Shown: in pieces, positions 26,531 to 39,634 of the stretch
Numbering within the stretch: position 1 is the stretch's first letter
Layout: each line of letters begins with the position of its first letter
Assembly (NCBI GenBank): GCA_965140705.1
Contig: OZ223302.1
Coordinates: 1-64,000, forward strand
Length of the DNA stretch: 64,000 nt
Direction: 5' to 3'
From: an uncultured Arcobacter sp.
GTDB taxonomy: Bacteria; Campylobacterota; Campylobacteria; Campylobacterales; Arcobacteraceae
Made by a program: the position numbers and the translations under genes
Notes under the pieces: generated by a model
Database searches by the model: none
What the model saw: the letters and a program-made list of their open reading frames with translations, nothing else
Told to the model about the DNA's origin: nothing

Positions 26531-29500
26531 ATGACTGAATTTTCAACAGAAAATGGTTATTAATTTTTTTAGTAATTTCCCTTTTAGAAATTCTTCCTGA
26601 AAAACATAAAAAAAGCTCTTAATTTTTTTCTTTAATCAAATAGTGTGCTGATACTGCTTTTAATAAACAAAAAAAATAAGTTTTATTGCATATTACTATT
26701 GATGCAATCTATTATTATGATTACATTCCTAAAAAATGAAAAAGTAATAAACTTATTCAATTTGATTAATTGTAAAAGGAAATTAATTCAAAAAACTAGT
26801 AAAATCACCAAAAGAAGGATTATTAATTTAAGATATTGCAAAATATTCTGGCTTAATAAATGAAAATAATTAATGTTTAATTTAACTGGAAATACCTAAA
26901 AGCAAAATTTTTTCATTTAAAAAAACTACTCATTCTGAACTCAAGATATTTGATGTTTAAAACAGTTTTTTGTTTTATTGTTTTATTCTTCTAATTTAGA
27001 TTTTACAAAAATAATTGCAAATGAAAAATAAACAAAAAATAAAACAGAAATATGAACATTTTTTGTAAAGTATCCAGCAGATGCATCCAATGAAAATAAA
27101 TAAGAAGCAAGATGAGTTAACTTGTAATAATTAACTAAATATTATAGATTTTAAAGCAATTGGATAATTATATAAATTACTTTAATTTTATATCATCAGA
27201 CTAAGAGTAAGATGATTAATAAGAATAAATAGAATAATAATAAAAATATGAAGAATAAAAGAAATATGAAGAATAGAAGAAATATGAAGAATAAAAGAAA
27301 TATGAAGAATAGAAGAAATATGAAGAATAAAAGAAATATGAAGAATAGAAGAAATATGAAGAATAAAAGAAATATGAAGAATAAAAATAAGAATTTTTAA
27401 AGTAATAATAAGATGAAGAAAAGTAAAAATAAATTAATAAAGCTTAAGAAATAAAAGCTCCAATTTTTACTGAAAATGAATAAAAAAGAGATAATTTATT
27501 GCCTTAGTTTCCATATAATCCATAAATTTAGGAAAATACTATTCTTTCTCCAATAAATGAAGAAAGTTATTAAAATATGTTTTATTAATATGACTTTTAT
27601 AGGTTTTGATACAAAATAGACAGAAAAAAACGCAAATAATGAAATTCTTGAATAGTTTAATATTTAAATAATTTTTTTTTTTCAAGGAATTTACCAAACA
27701 TTAATCAAGAGTTAGCTATAATAAAAAATTATCGATCTTCAGATTATTAAACACTTTAATTACGCTTTAAAGAATTTACTTAAATAGCTGATAAAGTTAA
27801 GAAAAAAGATTTAAGTTTATATTTTTTTATAAAATAAGAATTAAAGATGAAGATTGGCTAACTAAAAATTAAATTTTGCATGTAACGAAAATTGGACTTT
27901 ATTGCTATTCTGATATTCCTAAAAACTGGACAAGTTTATTGCTTAAATTAATTATTGTTTTTAGAAAATAATTTTATATTATTGACTCAAGCCCCTTATG
28001 CAGGAATTAAATTGTGCGATATTAAAAAGCAGAGTTTATCTTATTTTGAATAATATTGTTCGCTCACAATCACCTTTAATAAAGAAAATTTATAATAGTT
28101 TGAGAAAAAAGCCAAATCGCCTTAATTGTAAGTGTAAAATGATGAAGATTAATATTAAAGTAATCTTTACAAAAATTATAATGTGTATAGAATTTAAGCC
28201 CATTATCAATAAAAACAAAATTGCCACGAAAGAATTGAATTGGTAATTTAAAATAGAATTTAAAAATTTAAATGAAATATAAAAAAAAGAAGCCTCCTTT
28301 GTAAATATTAATAATAAAATAATTTGTTTTATAGATATTAGAACAATTAAGTGATTTGCTTTCCTTGACTTAAATAGAATTAGAAAAATCTCAATAAAAT
28401 GTACCATAATTAGCAATTTTTTCCTCTGAAAAGCAAGCAAACCAAGAAAATTTAGTAGAAAATATTGTAAATTATAATTGCTTTATGAAATGTAATTCAC
28501 AATGTATATTAACAATATTTTGAATTTCTATTTATTGTATTAGATCAGGATATTCCAAATGTAGAAAGGCTGACATTTTAAAATAAGAATCTAATTTGAG
28601 AATTACAAAAAAATGACCCTCCAATAGGAATCAGCGCAAAGGTGCCTGAGGAAAATTCTGGAATTAACTATTTATTATAATAAAGAAAATAATATATTGA
28701 AGTTCAATAAAATAATAAAAATTTATAATCCAGTCAACAAAATGTCAATATTCTAGATTCTGAAAACAAATTATTAAGTGAAAAAAATGCTAATTAAAAT
28801 ATAGATAACGAAGAAACGAAATAGAATATTAATTTGTAATTTAAGGAAGAAAAATTTGAACAAAAAAATTAATAATGATAACATTTAATGGAAACACTTT
28901 CAGAAGATGGAAAAAAAGCTGAATTAATTTTGTAAAGTATAATGCCAGCTGGCTCAAACTCTAAAGAAATAGTAAATAAAAAGCTTTTCTCAGATTAAAA
29001 AGATGAAGACCATTTATTAAGCTCTCCAAATTGTATGCAATTCAATTAGTTTATTTTATATAGAAAATATTACTAATTTTAATAAAAATAATTCTATTTA
29101 AAATTACCCTAAATCAACTTTTTCAACTTAAAATAAACCTTCATGCTTTAACTCTTCATTTAGTCTCATTGAATTTACTAAAATATTTTACTCTTTAATA
29201 AAACAATTTACAACTAAATCCAATGAAAATACAGTCTATGAAATTTCCAATCTTCTTTCAAAATTTTCTTTAGAAGCTAAGTATCTTGTTCAAACTATTA
29301 TTTCGAATTTTTCTTAAAATAATAATGAATTCACAATTAATTCTACAAATGAAGAGAATCTTTTTTTAATAACTGATATTAATAATTATGAGGATATTGA
29401 AGTTTGATTATCTTCTCCTAAAATTGAAAAATAAACTGATTTAATGGATTTATAGAATTAAGGAATATATTATTCTAATCAAAGAGCAAAAATGTTTTCT

Positions 29501-31113
29501 TAGGGTTTCAACTTATTTATTGAGTAAATTTTATTAGAATTATAAATTTATGATTAATTTTTTAATTAATTAATTGCAGGATTATATTTAAAATAAAAGT
29601 AACATTATTTAAGAGTTCCATTAGTTGCTTTAATTTATTATTAAGTAATTTTAATACAATACAATACAATAAAATTTATAATTAGGGTTTCTAAGCTAAA
29701 GTTTAGCTTGCATAAATTTACACAAAAGAAATTAAGCTGCATTAAATTTAAAATTATTAATAAAAGGCAGGATTTTTATAATAATTTTTTAATGAATTTC
29801 ATTTTAAAGTAAATTAGAAATATCAATTTAATTTAATAGGATGAAAAAATATAAAATATTTCTTAAAAAATTATAATTAGATAAATTTTAAAAAAAAATC
29901 TTTCTAAAAGTTATTATCTCTATTATACTAATAATTAAATCATTGAAAATTCTAGTAAATAATAAAAATAAATTCCTGAATAAAAAATAAATTAAATAGT
30001 TAATGAACTAGAAAATTTAGAAGCAATCTTGGTTGATAGTTATTCTGTTTCACAAGTAATTTATAATAATTTATTAAAATTTTCAAGTATCTTCATTAAT
30101 AAGCAATCAGTATTTAATATCTCAGTAATCTTTATTAAAAATCACAATAAAAATGACTGAAAAATTAATTTTTAATTGAAATAATTGTTCGAGCTTCAAA
30201 ACAAATTTTAAATTATAATTTAACTTAATTTATTAGAAGAAATAATAATTGATAGATTCCTGCACTTAAAATGATTTACATAGAATTTATTAATCTATTA
30301 TTTTCACGAAATAATTAAACAGAAAAATTTTGGAATGATACATTAATATCTCAAATTTTTGCATGCTTTAATCTTAAATTATAAGAAAATTAAACATTGC
30401 CATTTGGAGCGTTCCTGAATGCTATATAATATCATTATAAAATTTAAATTAATTGCGAAATTTATAATAAGTTACTTAAAATTGAAAATTCTTTTCCGAC
30501 TTTTTAAATGCAGGAATTAACAGGTTTTTAAATTTGTTTTTATATTTTCATTAGAATTTTATTCTTTCTCAAAAATTATTAATATTTCTCTGATTAAAAA
30601 AAAATTATTATTAAATATTAGTGAATATTCATTTATAAATTATTAGCTATTCTTTAATAATTATGATAATTTTTCTCTTAAATATCTTTAATGATAAATA
30701 AATAAAACAAAATTAAGTTAAAAAGAACTCTTAAAACTAAAGCGAATATAATTAAAATTATTAGAAGATATTGATTAAACTTAATAGAAAAGAATTATAT
30801 CTAATATTGAATGCGAAATTGTCGAATTAAATTTTTCTTTATAAGAGCATAATGATTCATTAAATTATTTTTCTTTAAATAATTTTTAAGAAATGCTTCA
30901 AGTTTTTAATTTTGTTTATATTTTAACAAAAGACTTAAAAAATTAGATCAAAGATTCTTTCATTAAAGATATGCAATTCTGAATAATAGTAAAAATAATT
31001 TTGAAATATTGTTTAATATTTATTAATATAAATTGAATTAAATTTTGGCTCGCAGCATCCTCTATTTTTTCTTCTATATTAATTTATTGGAACTCACACA
31101 AATTTGAAAATGA
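26531..31113 (+). CDS. CLU-central-domain (Clueless/eIF3 p135-like) protein; may be two genes
   Basis: YLHQQAISIQYLSNLY...KWLKNQFLIEIIVRASKQIL...FINLLF...EKFWNDTL (first W=TGA at 30154). Many introns. Boundaries approximate. Confidence 0.55.
27244..27387 (+). repeat. Coding 18-bp tandem repeat, 8 copies (KYEEQK), with alternating TAA/TAG
   Basis: aaatatgaagaataaaag and aaatatgaagaatagaag alternate. Confidence 0.95.
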
Positions 31114-31232
31114 ATGCTAAATTAATATTTTTAGAGAAAAGTTTAGCTTGTTGCAATTAAATTTTTGTAAATGAAAATCACTTTTTTATTTAATTATTTG
31201 CGTATTTCATTTAAAATTTAATTGAATAAAAA

Positions 31233-31701
31233 ATGTTTGATGAAACTACTGAATATTTTTAAAGGATTGAAAAATTTCTTAAAATCTAAGAAATTGTAAT
31301 TTTCATTAATTAATTTAATTTTTAATAGAAAATTACTTAGAATAGTAATTTGCTATAAGATTCAGAAGCTGAATAGTTTTTTTAATTACTTTAATTATCT
31401 GTATAATTTTAGTATGCTAAAATAAACAAAGGAATAAATATTAAGAAAAAAGGAAATGATCTAAATTTTAAAAGTGTAAAAAGATACTAAAACTGAGTTT
31501 AATTCGAAAGAATTGATGAATCAAGATTTAAAGGAAAATCGTTTATTACAAGAATAAATAAGAAAATTAAATGATGAGGTTAAAAAAACAAATCTTGATC
31601 TCAATAAAAAAGAATAGAGTATAATAAATTTTAAATAGACAATTGATTAGTTAATGAGTGAAAATGAGTAATTAAAAAATTAAATTATAAAACATCATTG
31701 A
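31233..31701 (+). CDS. Short, internally deleted paralog of the C-terminal part of the 21049-26467 coiled-coil gene
   Basis: Shares EAE|xMLKQxKExxLRKKEMIQ and DLxxKEQSIxxFKQxIxQLxxENEQLKN with 25355-25950, and has an intron at the same position (GAA TA|GT). Confidence 0.7.
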
Positions 31702-31778
31702 TATATAAGATTTTACAATATTATTGTCCTAGAAAAATTCTAATTTATTAGTTAAATGATTAAAATAATTTGAGTAAT

Positions 31779-33396
31779 TCAAAGTTAATTAACAATTTCA
31801 AATTGTTCTTCTAAACTATCTGAGTTATGTTCCTCTATCTCATAATGTTCTTCTATCAATTAAACACCTGGAATCATTTGACTTGGTTTCTCAAAAATAG
31901 GAGTTTAATTTAAAATGCCAATCCCCCAATTATTAAAAATCATATTGCCAGTCAAGAAATAACGATAAAGATCCTAAAACTCAAACTAATCATTAACAAA
32001 AAAGCCAAATCCTAACGAACTATCAATCTTACTAAAGGGAATTCCTCTAAGTTAATCCTTCTAATAACTTTTCACAATCTTCTCTTCCGATTCTTAACTA
32101 AAATCAATGCAATCTTAAACATAATGGGGATCAAGATATATCAAATTGTAATTTTAATATCCCACAAAATAAAGAGCTTCTTTAGGTTTGCCTCCCATTA
32201 TTCCAACTGAATATGGACAATCTAATAAGTATTTTATTTAAGGAATGTATTCTGAATTTCCTCCTTATGCTGTTATTCGTAAACAAATTACTAATCAAAG
32301 GGAATGATCCCATTTACAACAATTTTCACATAAATTTTGCTAATAAAAATCAAAAATTTCTAATTTTTTATTATTATTATTATTATTACTACTACTACTA
32401 CTACTACTTTTATTATTATTACGATTAAATTTTTAAGATGGCTGATGCTTAAACTCAAGATCTTCTTTTGATTCTAAAAATAAATAAGATTGTTATAATC
32501 GAGCAAATTCATCAGGTTTAATGCTTTCTTTTATTTAATTTATTGCATTTTCCTTTGAATTACTACTATTTTTATTTTTTTCAACATTAATTTTGCACTT
32601 TTAGCAAAGCTCCTTTTCTATCCTCACTCCTTTATAAATATCCTCTAATAATAAACAGCCATCACCTGCAACTTCAACCCATATTCCTTTTTCAATCATA
32701 ACTTCTTACATTAAATAAGAAATCTATGTAATTTTTAGCCATTCTCCAGGAAATATTCCTTCTTTTTTCCACCCGAGTTCACTAATTGTTTGGATTGAAA
32801 ATAATTATTTTTTGCAATCATCAAATTATTTTATAATATCAATTTTCTTCATATTAGTATGATCCTTTCTCCTAATCACATTACTTGCCATCATCTAGCC
32901 AACTCTCAACATACAGCCCCACCCTCGATCACTACTAATTCCAGGCTATTTAAAGCACTCTAGTCCTTAACAAAGATAAGGAAATTTTCTTCTATAACTA
33001 AATCATATTTACTCTGCCAGACTTTATATTAAACATTGCTGAGCCTCAGGGTAAGTGTAACAGAAGCCTAGATAGGAAAGAAAAGGAGTTTGGCTGTTTA
33101 GTTAGATTAGAGGTGAATTATTTTGTTAGATATTGTAACGTTGGTTTAATCTTAGAAAAGGGAAAAAGTTTTAACAAATTTTATAGGTTTTTACAAAAAA
33201 TCTTGGAAACGGTCAGTATAGGATAAATGTGAATATGTTATTTATTTAGACTCATTAGTCATTGCGTTCTCTTAAAATTATATTGTTGAATATTATTAGT
33301 ACAGAAAAGTGGGAGACCGAAGAAGTTTTATTTTTTTTGTTCTTATTGGCTTTCTTTTTCAATTTATTTTTTTTCTTCTATTTTTATTTCTTCCAT
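31779..33396 (-). CDS. ATG4: Autophagy cysteine protease Atg4 (peptidase C54)
   Basis: QIWFSYRRKFP (W=TGA at 33005-33003), SDRGWGCMLRVGQMM, PGEW, YLDPHYVQ and C-terminal LIR-like EEQFEIVNQL then TGA. Two N-terminal introns restore the frame. Confidence 0.95.
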
Positions 33397-33659
33397 TATT
33401 TGAAAATTATATATTAATTTTATAAATATTATATAATATACGATTATATTATGTATCGTATAGTATTTTATTGGTTTTTTAGATTCTTGTTTACTTGCCA
33501 AGGAGTTATAGAAATTGATGATAACCCAATAATCATTTTTAACTTCAAAAATTAAATTATTAATTAAAAATTTTTTATAGTATTAATAGTAAAAACTTAG
33601 TATCAGGTTGAAGTTAAATATCTGAAAAAAAAATTAGTTAAGATTTAAAGTAATACATT

Positions 33660-33860
33660 GCTGCAAATATTATGATTGTGGATGACAACCTTTTTAATTT
33701 ATTTGTCTTAAAACTATAATTGAAAAAATTAGAAGAAAAATATAATAATTTTTGAAGCAGTGGAGAATAAGCAATAGATATTTACAAAAATTATTGTGGA
33801 ATGAATGATTGCCTTTAAAAACCTTCTCCTGAAAATCTCTATTATTTAAGATTATAAATA
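33660..33860 (+). pseudogene. Truncated or degenerate response-regulator receiver domain fragment
   Basis: ANIMIVDDNLFNLFVLKLQL...SGEQAIDIY, with no in-frame phospho-acceptor segment (xxMDxxMP) downstream. Confidence 0.5.
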
Positions 33861-34162
33861 AATATCTTTCTAAAAACAAAATATGATTAAATTTATTTTA
33901 CTTTTTTACTACCAATTTTAATTGTTCAAAATTTAAAAAAGTAAATTAACGAAGAGTTTATCTTCGTTATAAAAATCAAAGACTATAATGTATTATGATT
34001 ATTAAAACTATCAAAGTGATGAATAAGCTACTTTGGTTGAAAATGAATAATAAAAAAATAAAGGTTCCATTAAATAATTAAAATTATTAAAGTTTTAATT
34101 TTTTTAACTCAAAATTTTTATGTTCATAAGATTTATTATTTCTTAGAATTTAGAAATAGTTT

Positions 34163-34783
34163 TCAGTGACCAGAGCAAACCCACTTTAATAAAGTCAAAG
34201 ATGTTAAAGGCGTTATTTTTTATATTGAAACCCAAGAGCATTAACAGCAATAAGCACAGCAATTGTATTATTATTTTAATTTTTATACTAATAGGAACTT
34301 TTAATTATTACTATTTCTAAAAAATAAGTAATCACAGTCAGCTTCCCATTTTTAATCCTCAAAAATTTAAACAGTTAAATCACAATTTAAACACCTTAAT
34401 TTATTGCAAAATTTTTAATTAAAATTGCACTCTTAAGAAAAATAATTAGTAAGATAAATATTATTGCATTTTGATTTGCAAGAACTTTTATTTTCTTCCT
34501 TTTTTTTCATGGATTAACCATATTGATCATCCAAGATATCATTTAATAAACTATCAATATTATCATCGTTATACTTAGAATTTTATTTTATCTATTTTGA
34601 AGGGAAAACATTATTTTCTTCATTGTCATCAAAATCATCTAATTAATCTTTTTTAATTTCTTTTTATTCTTTTTTTAATTAATTAATAGTTGCTGGAAGT
34701 TAAAACTTTTGTTAATTTTAGGTTTCACTCCCTAATATATCGTCAATTTCTTTTACTAATTAATTCACTTCATATTTGCTCAT
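34163..34783 (-). CDS. CFAP418: CFAP418/C8orf37 (retinal maintenance protein domain) ciliary protein
   Basis: CNKLRCLNCDLTVQIFEDQKWEADCDYLFFRN...AYCCQCSW...LKWVCSGH then TGA. Confidence 0.85.
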
Positions 34784-34907
34784 TTTTGGAGAGTTATTTT
34801 ATTAAATTATTATAAATTACTTATTATAACAAAATAATTTTTTATTTTATTTTTTTGAATAAAAAGCAAAAATTAATTAAACATGAATATAATAATTTTA
34901 ATTAATT

Positions 34908-37900
34908 TCATTTTTTACAAAAAGGACAATTATGCTCAAAGCATTCCTTATGAAATATTTTTTTGCATTCATTACAAAATTTTGTTGTTTTAATATCAAA
35001 AATAAATAATAATTAAGGAATCCGACATTCTTAGCAAATTTAGCCTTTCCGAGTACATTTCTAAAGTATAAAATAATTTCAATAAATTATTTACTTTGCA
35101 GGAAAGAATATGCTTTAAAAATATCTTATCACATCGTTCTAAATATTTTATCAATTATAAATTTTTAATTTGCAAGATATTTTGAATACTTAATTAATTC
35201 TTAGGTAATAAAATATTTAAGATATTGAAATTTTGAGTTTGAAATTATTCTTCGACAAGTTAAGGTGTACACATCATATCATACATTAAATAAATTCTTC
35301 TTTATAATAACTATATAGTAAAAATTACTAAAAATTCTATACAATTACCAAAAATTAATATAATTCTTGATTTTTTAGTACTACTTCGCTATTGGCTTTA
35401 TAATGCAATAAAGGTAAATCAAAGAGATCTTCTAGTTCTTTTTCAGCTGTCTTGCTCACAATAGATTACGTGAAATCATACTATTTTTTTATTTTCCATG
35501 GTAGATATTATTAATTCTCACTCATGCAATCCTTGCAAAATCAAAAGCCAGTATAAGGGCAATATTTGCAATTACTCTATAAAACAAGAAATAAGAAAAA
35601 TTATAGCTTATGCTTACTGAAAAAAAGGAAGAATAGATTTTTTGATTGCAATTATGACATAGATAAGTTTATTCCTCTAACTAATTTATAATAAGCTTAT
35701 AAATCAAATAATACTGTAATTTATTTTTTTGGCTTTTTTCTATATTAATGTGAACTCAATAATGAAAGAAATTTTGATTTTAACAGAATGGTGCTGTGTT
35801 TATCTTTCTTTTTTTTTGTAAATTTAAATTAAGGCTCTTATTATTTTTGCTTTGCTAGATATTAATTATCAAAAGAAATATTTTGAAATTAGTTCTATTA
35901 TTATTAGAAATTATACTTTAAAATATCTTCTTGCGATTTATCTGCTGAGTAACTTAGTTTTAATTAATTAAACTAATCTGGAGTTTATTATATATTTTTA
36001 GCATACTTTTTTTCATCAGTTAATTATGTTTCTTCTTTATTCTAGAAGTCAATTATGTTATTAATTATTTGTTCTTCTTCACAAAATTTTGGTTGCAATT
36101 AATCTTCAACTATAATTATATTATTATTAATTTCCAATTTGTTTTCTTCTAAAATAAATTACTTTTCTTTTTCATTATCAATTTCAGGAAATTTCGTTGT
36201 TTCTTATTAATCATTTACTTAGCTTTCAGTTTTCATGTAACTTAATTCTTCATAATTAATTTATGAATGATTTTACTCGTAATCAGGAAGATTAAATATC
36301 ACATTTTCAGATATATCATGAGGGTTTTCTAGAGATTCACAATTATTTTAAGTTTTTTCATGAGAAATAATTTTTAAATATTCTGATTGGTTTTAATTAA
36401 TATTTTAATTTTCTTAATATAATTATTCATTGGAGATTATTTCTTAATTTTTTATTTCTTTATGTTTTCCTTCATTATTAGTTTTTACTTCTTGATACTT
36501 TATTTCATTTTTATTTATTTATAGAATTAGTTTATTCTCTTTTTCTGTTAATTCATTTTTTATTTCAGAAGTTTTGATCTCTTCCTTTTTTAGATTTTCA
36601 TTTTCTGATTCTTCATAATTTTATTCAATATTTTTAACTTCTTTATTATCCTTTGCTTCTTCATTATTTTTTGCTTCTTAAGTTTTCTTTTTTACTTCAT
36701 TATTATGATTTATTTATTTATCATTAACATTATTTAGAATTTTTAATTTTTCATGATTATTGACTTCTTAATCATTAAAATTATTTATTTCTTCATAAAT
36801 TTTTAGTTCTTCATGATTATTGACTTCTTAATCATTATTATTTTTTACTTCTTCATTATTTTTTCTTTCTTCATTATTTTTTATTTCTTCATTATTTTTT
36901 ATTTTATCATTATTTTTTACTTCTTCATTCTTTACTTCTTCATTCTTTACTTCTTCATTATTTTTTATTTTATCATTATTTTTTACTTCTTGATTCTTTG
37001 CTTCTTCATTCTTTACTTCTTCATTATTTTTTACTTCTTCATTATTTTTTATTTCTTCATGATTTTTTAAGTCTTCATTATTTTTTATTTCTTCATTATT
37101 TTTTATTTTATCATTATTTTTTACTTCTTCATTCTTTACTTCTTCATTCTTTACTTCTTCATTATTTTTTCTTTCTTCATTATTTTTTATTTCTTCATTA
37201 TTTTTTATTTTATCATTATTTTTTACTTCTTCATTCTTTACTTCTTCATTCTTTACTTCTTCATTATTTTTTATTTTATCATTATTTTTTACTTCTTCAT
37301 TATTTTTTATTTCTTCATTATTTTTTAAGTCTTCATTATTTTTTATTTCTTCATTATTTTTTATTTCTTCATTATTTTTTATTTTATCATTATTTTTTAC
37401 TTCTTCATTCTTTACTTCTTCATTCTTTACTTCTTCATTATTTTTTATTTTATCATTATTTTTTACTTCTTGATTCTTTGCTTCTTCATTCTTTACTTCT
37501 TCATTCTTGATTTCTTGATTCTTTATTTCTTAATTCTTGATTTCTTCATTCTTTACTTCTTCAATTTATTTTACTTAATATTTTAGTTCTTCAATTTGCT
37601 TTACTTAATATTTTACTTCTTCATTCTTTTATTGTTCTTTCTTTATTTCTTCATTATTTTTTAGTTCTTCATTCTATATTTAAGTTTTATTGACTTTGTC
37701 TATACTATTATTAGTTCCCAAGACTTCTTATTAGATTTCAACTTTTTTTACTTCGACTGCATTTGGTAAATTTTCATTCTATGATTTTTCTTCTTAATTT
37801 AATTACTCATTTTTAGTTTCTTTATTTTCAGATTCTTTGATACTTATTTATTCAAAATGTTCTTGACTATTTACTTTTTATATATTTACTTTGTTGAAAA

Positions 37901-39431
37901 TTTACTCAATTTACTCAACTTAGTTTAAATCCTCTAATTTTTTTTATATTTATTATTGTTAGATATTTTCATTATCATTTGTATTTTTAGTTTATTATGA
38001 AATATCATTTAGGCTTTATTCACTTTCTTAATAAATAATAGTTTCTTTATTATAATTTTAAACTTCTCTTTCTTATCTAAACGTATTTGAATCACAGCAT
38101 TCATTGCTTTCATACTATTCTTATTTGTCTTGCAATGAAGAATATTATTCATTATTTGTTTAATCTTTTTCTTAACTTCCTTTGGCCAAATTAAATGTGG
38201 CAGTTGTTCTCATATCCTATTAAGTTATATTTTTTTCTTCTTCATTTGTGTTATAGTTAACATTGAAAGATTCTCTTTCAAAATTTTCTTAGCGGTTAAA
38301 TACAGGAATTTCTTCATCATAAAGCTTTGAAAAGCAAATTTCATTTATATTTATTGGATTTGCATTGTTTTATTTATGAACTTATTATTTTTAAAATTTT
38401 TTTTCTTGCAATTCAACTTAATTTATGGGAAATTTTGAACTCTAATTTTGATTTGATAATTAATTAATTTATTACTCATCATTATTTTTAAATTCCTCCT
38501 CCGAAATTTATGATAATCTAATATTACTTTTCTCTTTAAATTACTACATTGTATTTTTTTAAGGTACTTTGGTTTCTTTTTATTAGCTTTGACTTTAATC
38601 TTGTTATTTATCTTTCTCCTAAATTTAAAATTACTTTATTTAAGGGCTAAATTAATAGCAATCATTAATAACACCTTATTATTATTAGCTTTTATGCAGC
38701 AAAGTTTAAGATTTTGATATTGAAAAAGGAGGTTGTCTTTCTAATCCCTTTGGAGTCAGAAATTTTAATGATTCTGTCTTGACTAGAAGAGATTTCGGTG
38801 TGATAGTTTATAGAGGCGTCGCAGTGGTAAATTCTGAGGACTAAGAAAAATTATCATTATTTTGGTTTGCTGAATAACAAAATTCTTCTGAATAAGAAAA
38901 AGCAGCACTTGAATGTATGCTTAGGGTATCCTATTTCTATCTTATAAATTGTTCAAATTATTTGATTAGTTCAGAGGATTAATAATTCATAGCAGCTTTA
39001 TCTATTTCTTAGAACAGTTTATAAAATTTATCCTTTTTTTGTAATCGGGAATCATACTTTTAAAATGAAGATTTCTTTTTATAATTTATCAAATAACTAA
39101 ACACCTTGCTGATTTTACGATAATATAATTATAGAATTAATCATTTTTCTTTTTAGTTTTATTACGATTTATGCCAGCTCGAAATAAATTTTATACTGTC
39201 CTTGTTTGAACAATGTAATTAAATTATTTTTCAGTAGTTTATAAATAGGGAATGAACTAGGAGCTGAGAATTTTTGGGATCATTTGATTTGAAGTAAAAA
39301 ATACTTTAAAGGATATCATCGATTACTATTATTAAATCATTTAGAGCTTATTTGTATTCCTTCTGAGGTAAAACCTTTTAAAGCTTTTTCATCACATCTT
39401 AGAGAAGTTCATATTTAGTTTTGTTGTTCAT
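34908..39431 (-). CDS. Large low-complexity protein with a C-terminal Rubicon-homology (DEF8/PLEKHM1-type) domain
   Basis: QTYLCHNCNQ...CKYCPYTGFWFCKDCM...LPWKIKKQYDF...VSKTA...CKKIFHKECFEHNCPFCKK then TGA. Internal W=TGA at 35543-35541. Start approximate. Confidence 0.8.
36810..37560 (-). repeat. Coding mosaic of 15/18-bp repeats (NEEVK, NEEVKN, NDKIKN)
   Basis: Plus-strand ttcttcattctttac and ttcttcattattttttac arrays, which are the source of the spurious FIIF/LLHY ORFs. Confidence 0.9.
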
Positions 39432-39634
39432 ATGCTTATATGCTTTGATTTTTAAAATTATTTTATTTATTTATTGGTGATTTAATAAATTTTTAAAAAT
39501 CACTTTAATTCGCATTATGTGAATATTTTTGGCTATTCTGAAATAAAATTAAATTTAAAGCAAAACTAAATTTTTGTGAATGAAATAAAATAATTAAAAT
39601 AATTGTTGTTTAATTGTAAATTTGTTTTTATTTT

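Noticed and set aside
32213..32428. Poly-Tyr ORF or TAT/TAC microsatellite
   Set aside because: It is the antisense of a TAA/TAG polyQ tract inside ATG4.
33003..33005. Internal TGA as selenocysteine or as Cys (Euplotes code)
   Set aside because: The sites correspond to conserved Trp in non-selenoproteins, and conserved Cys codons here are TGT/TGC.
36813..37510. ORF-track proteins rich in FIIF and LLHY
   Set aside because: They are antisense shadows of the NEEVK repeat in the minus-strand gene.
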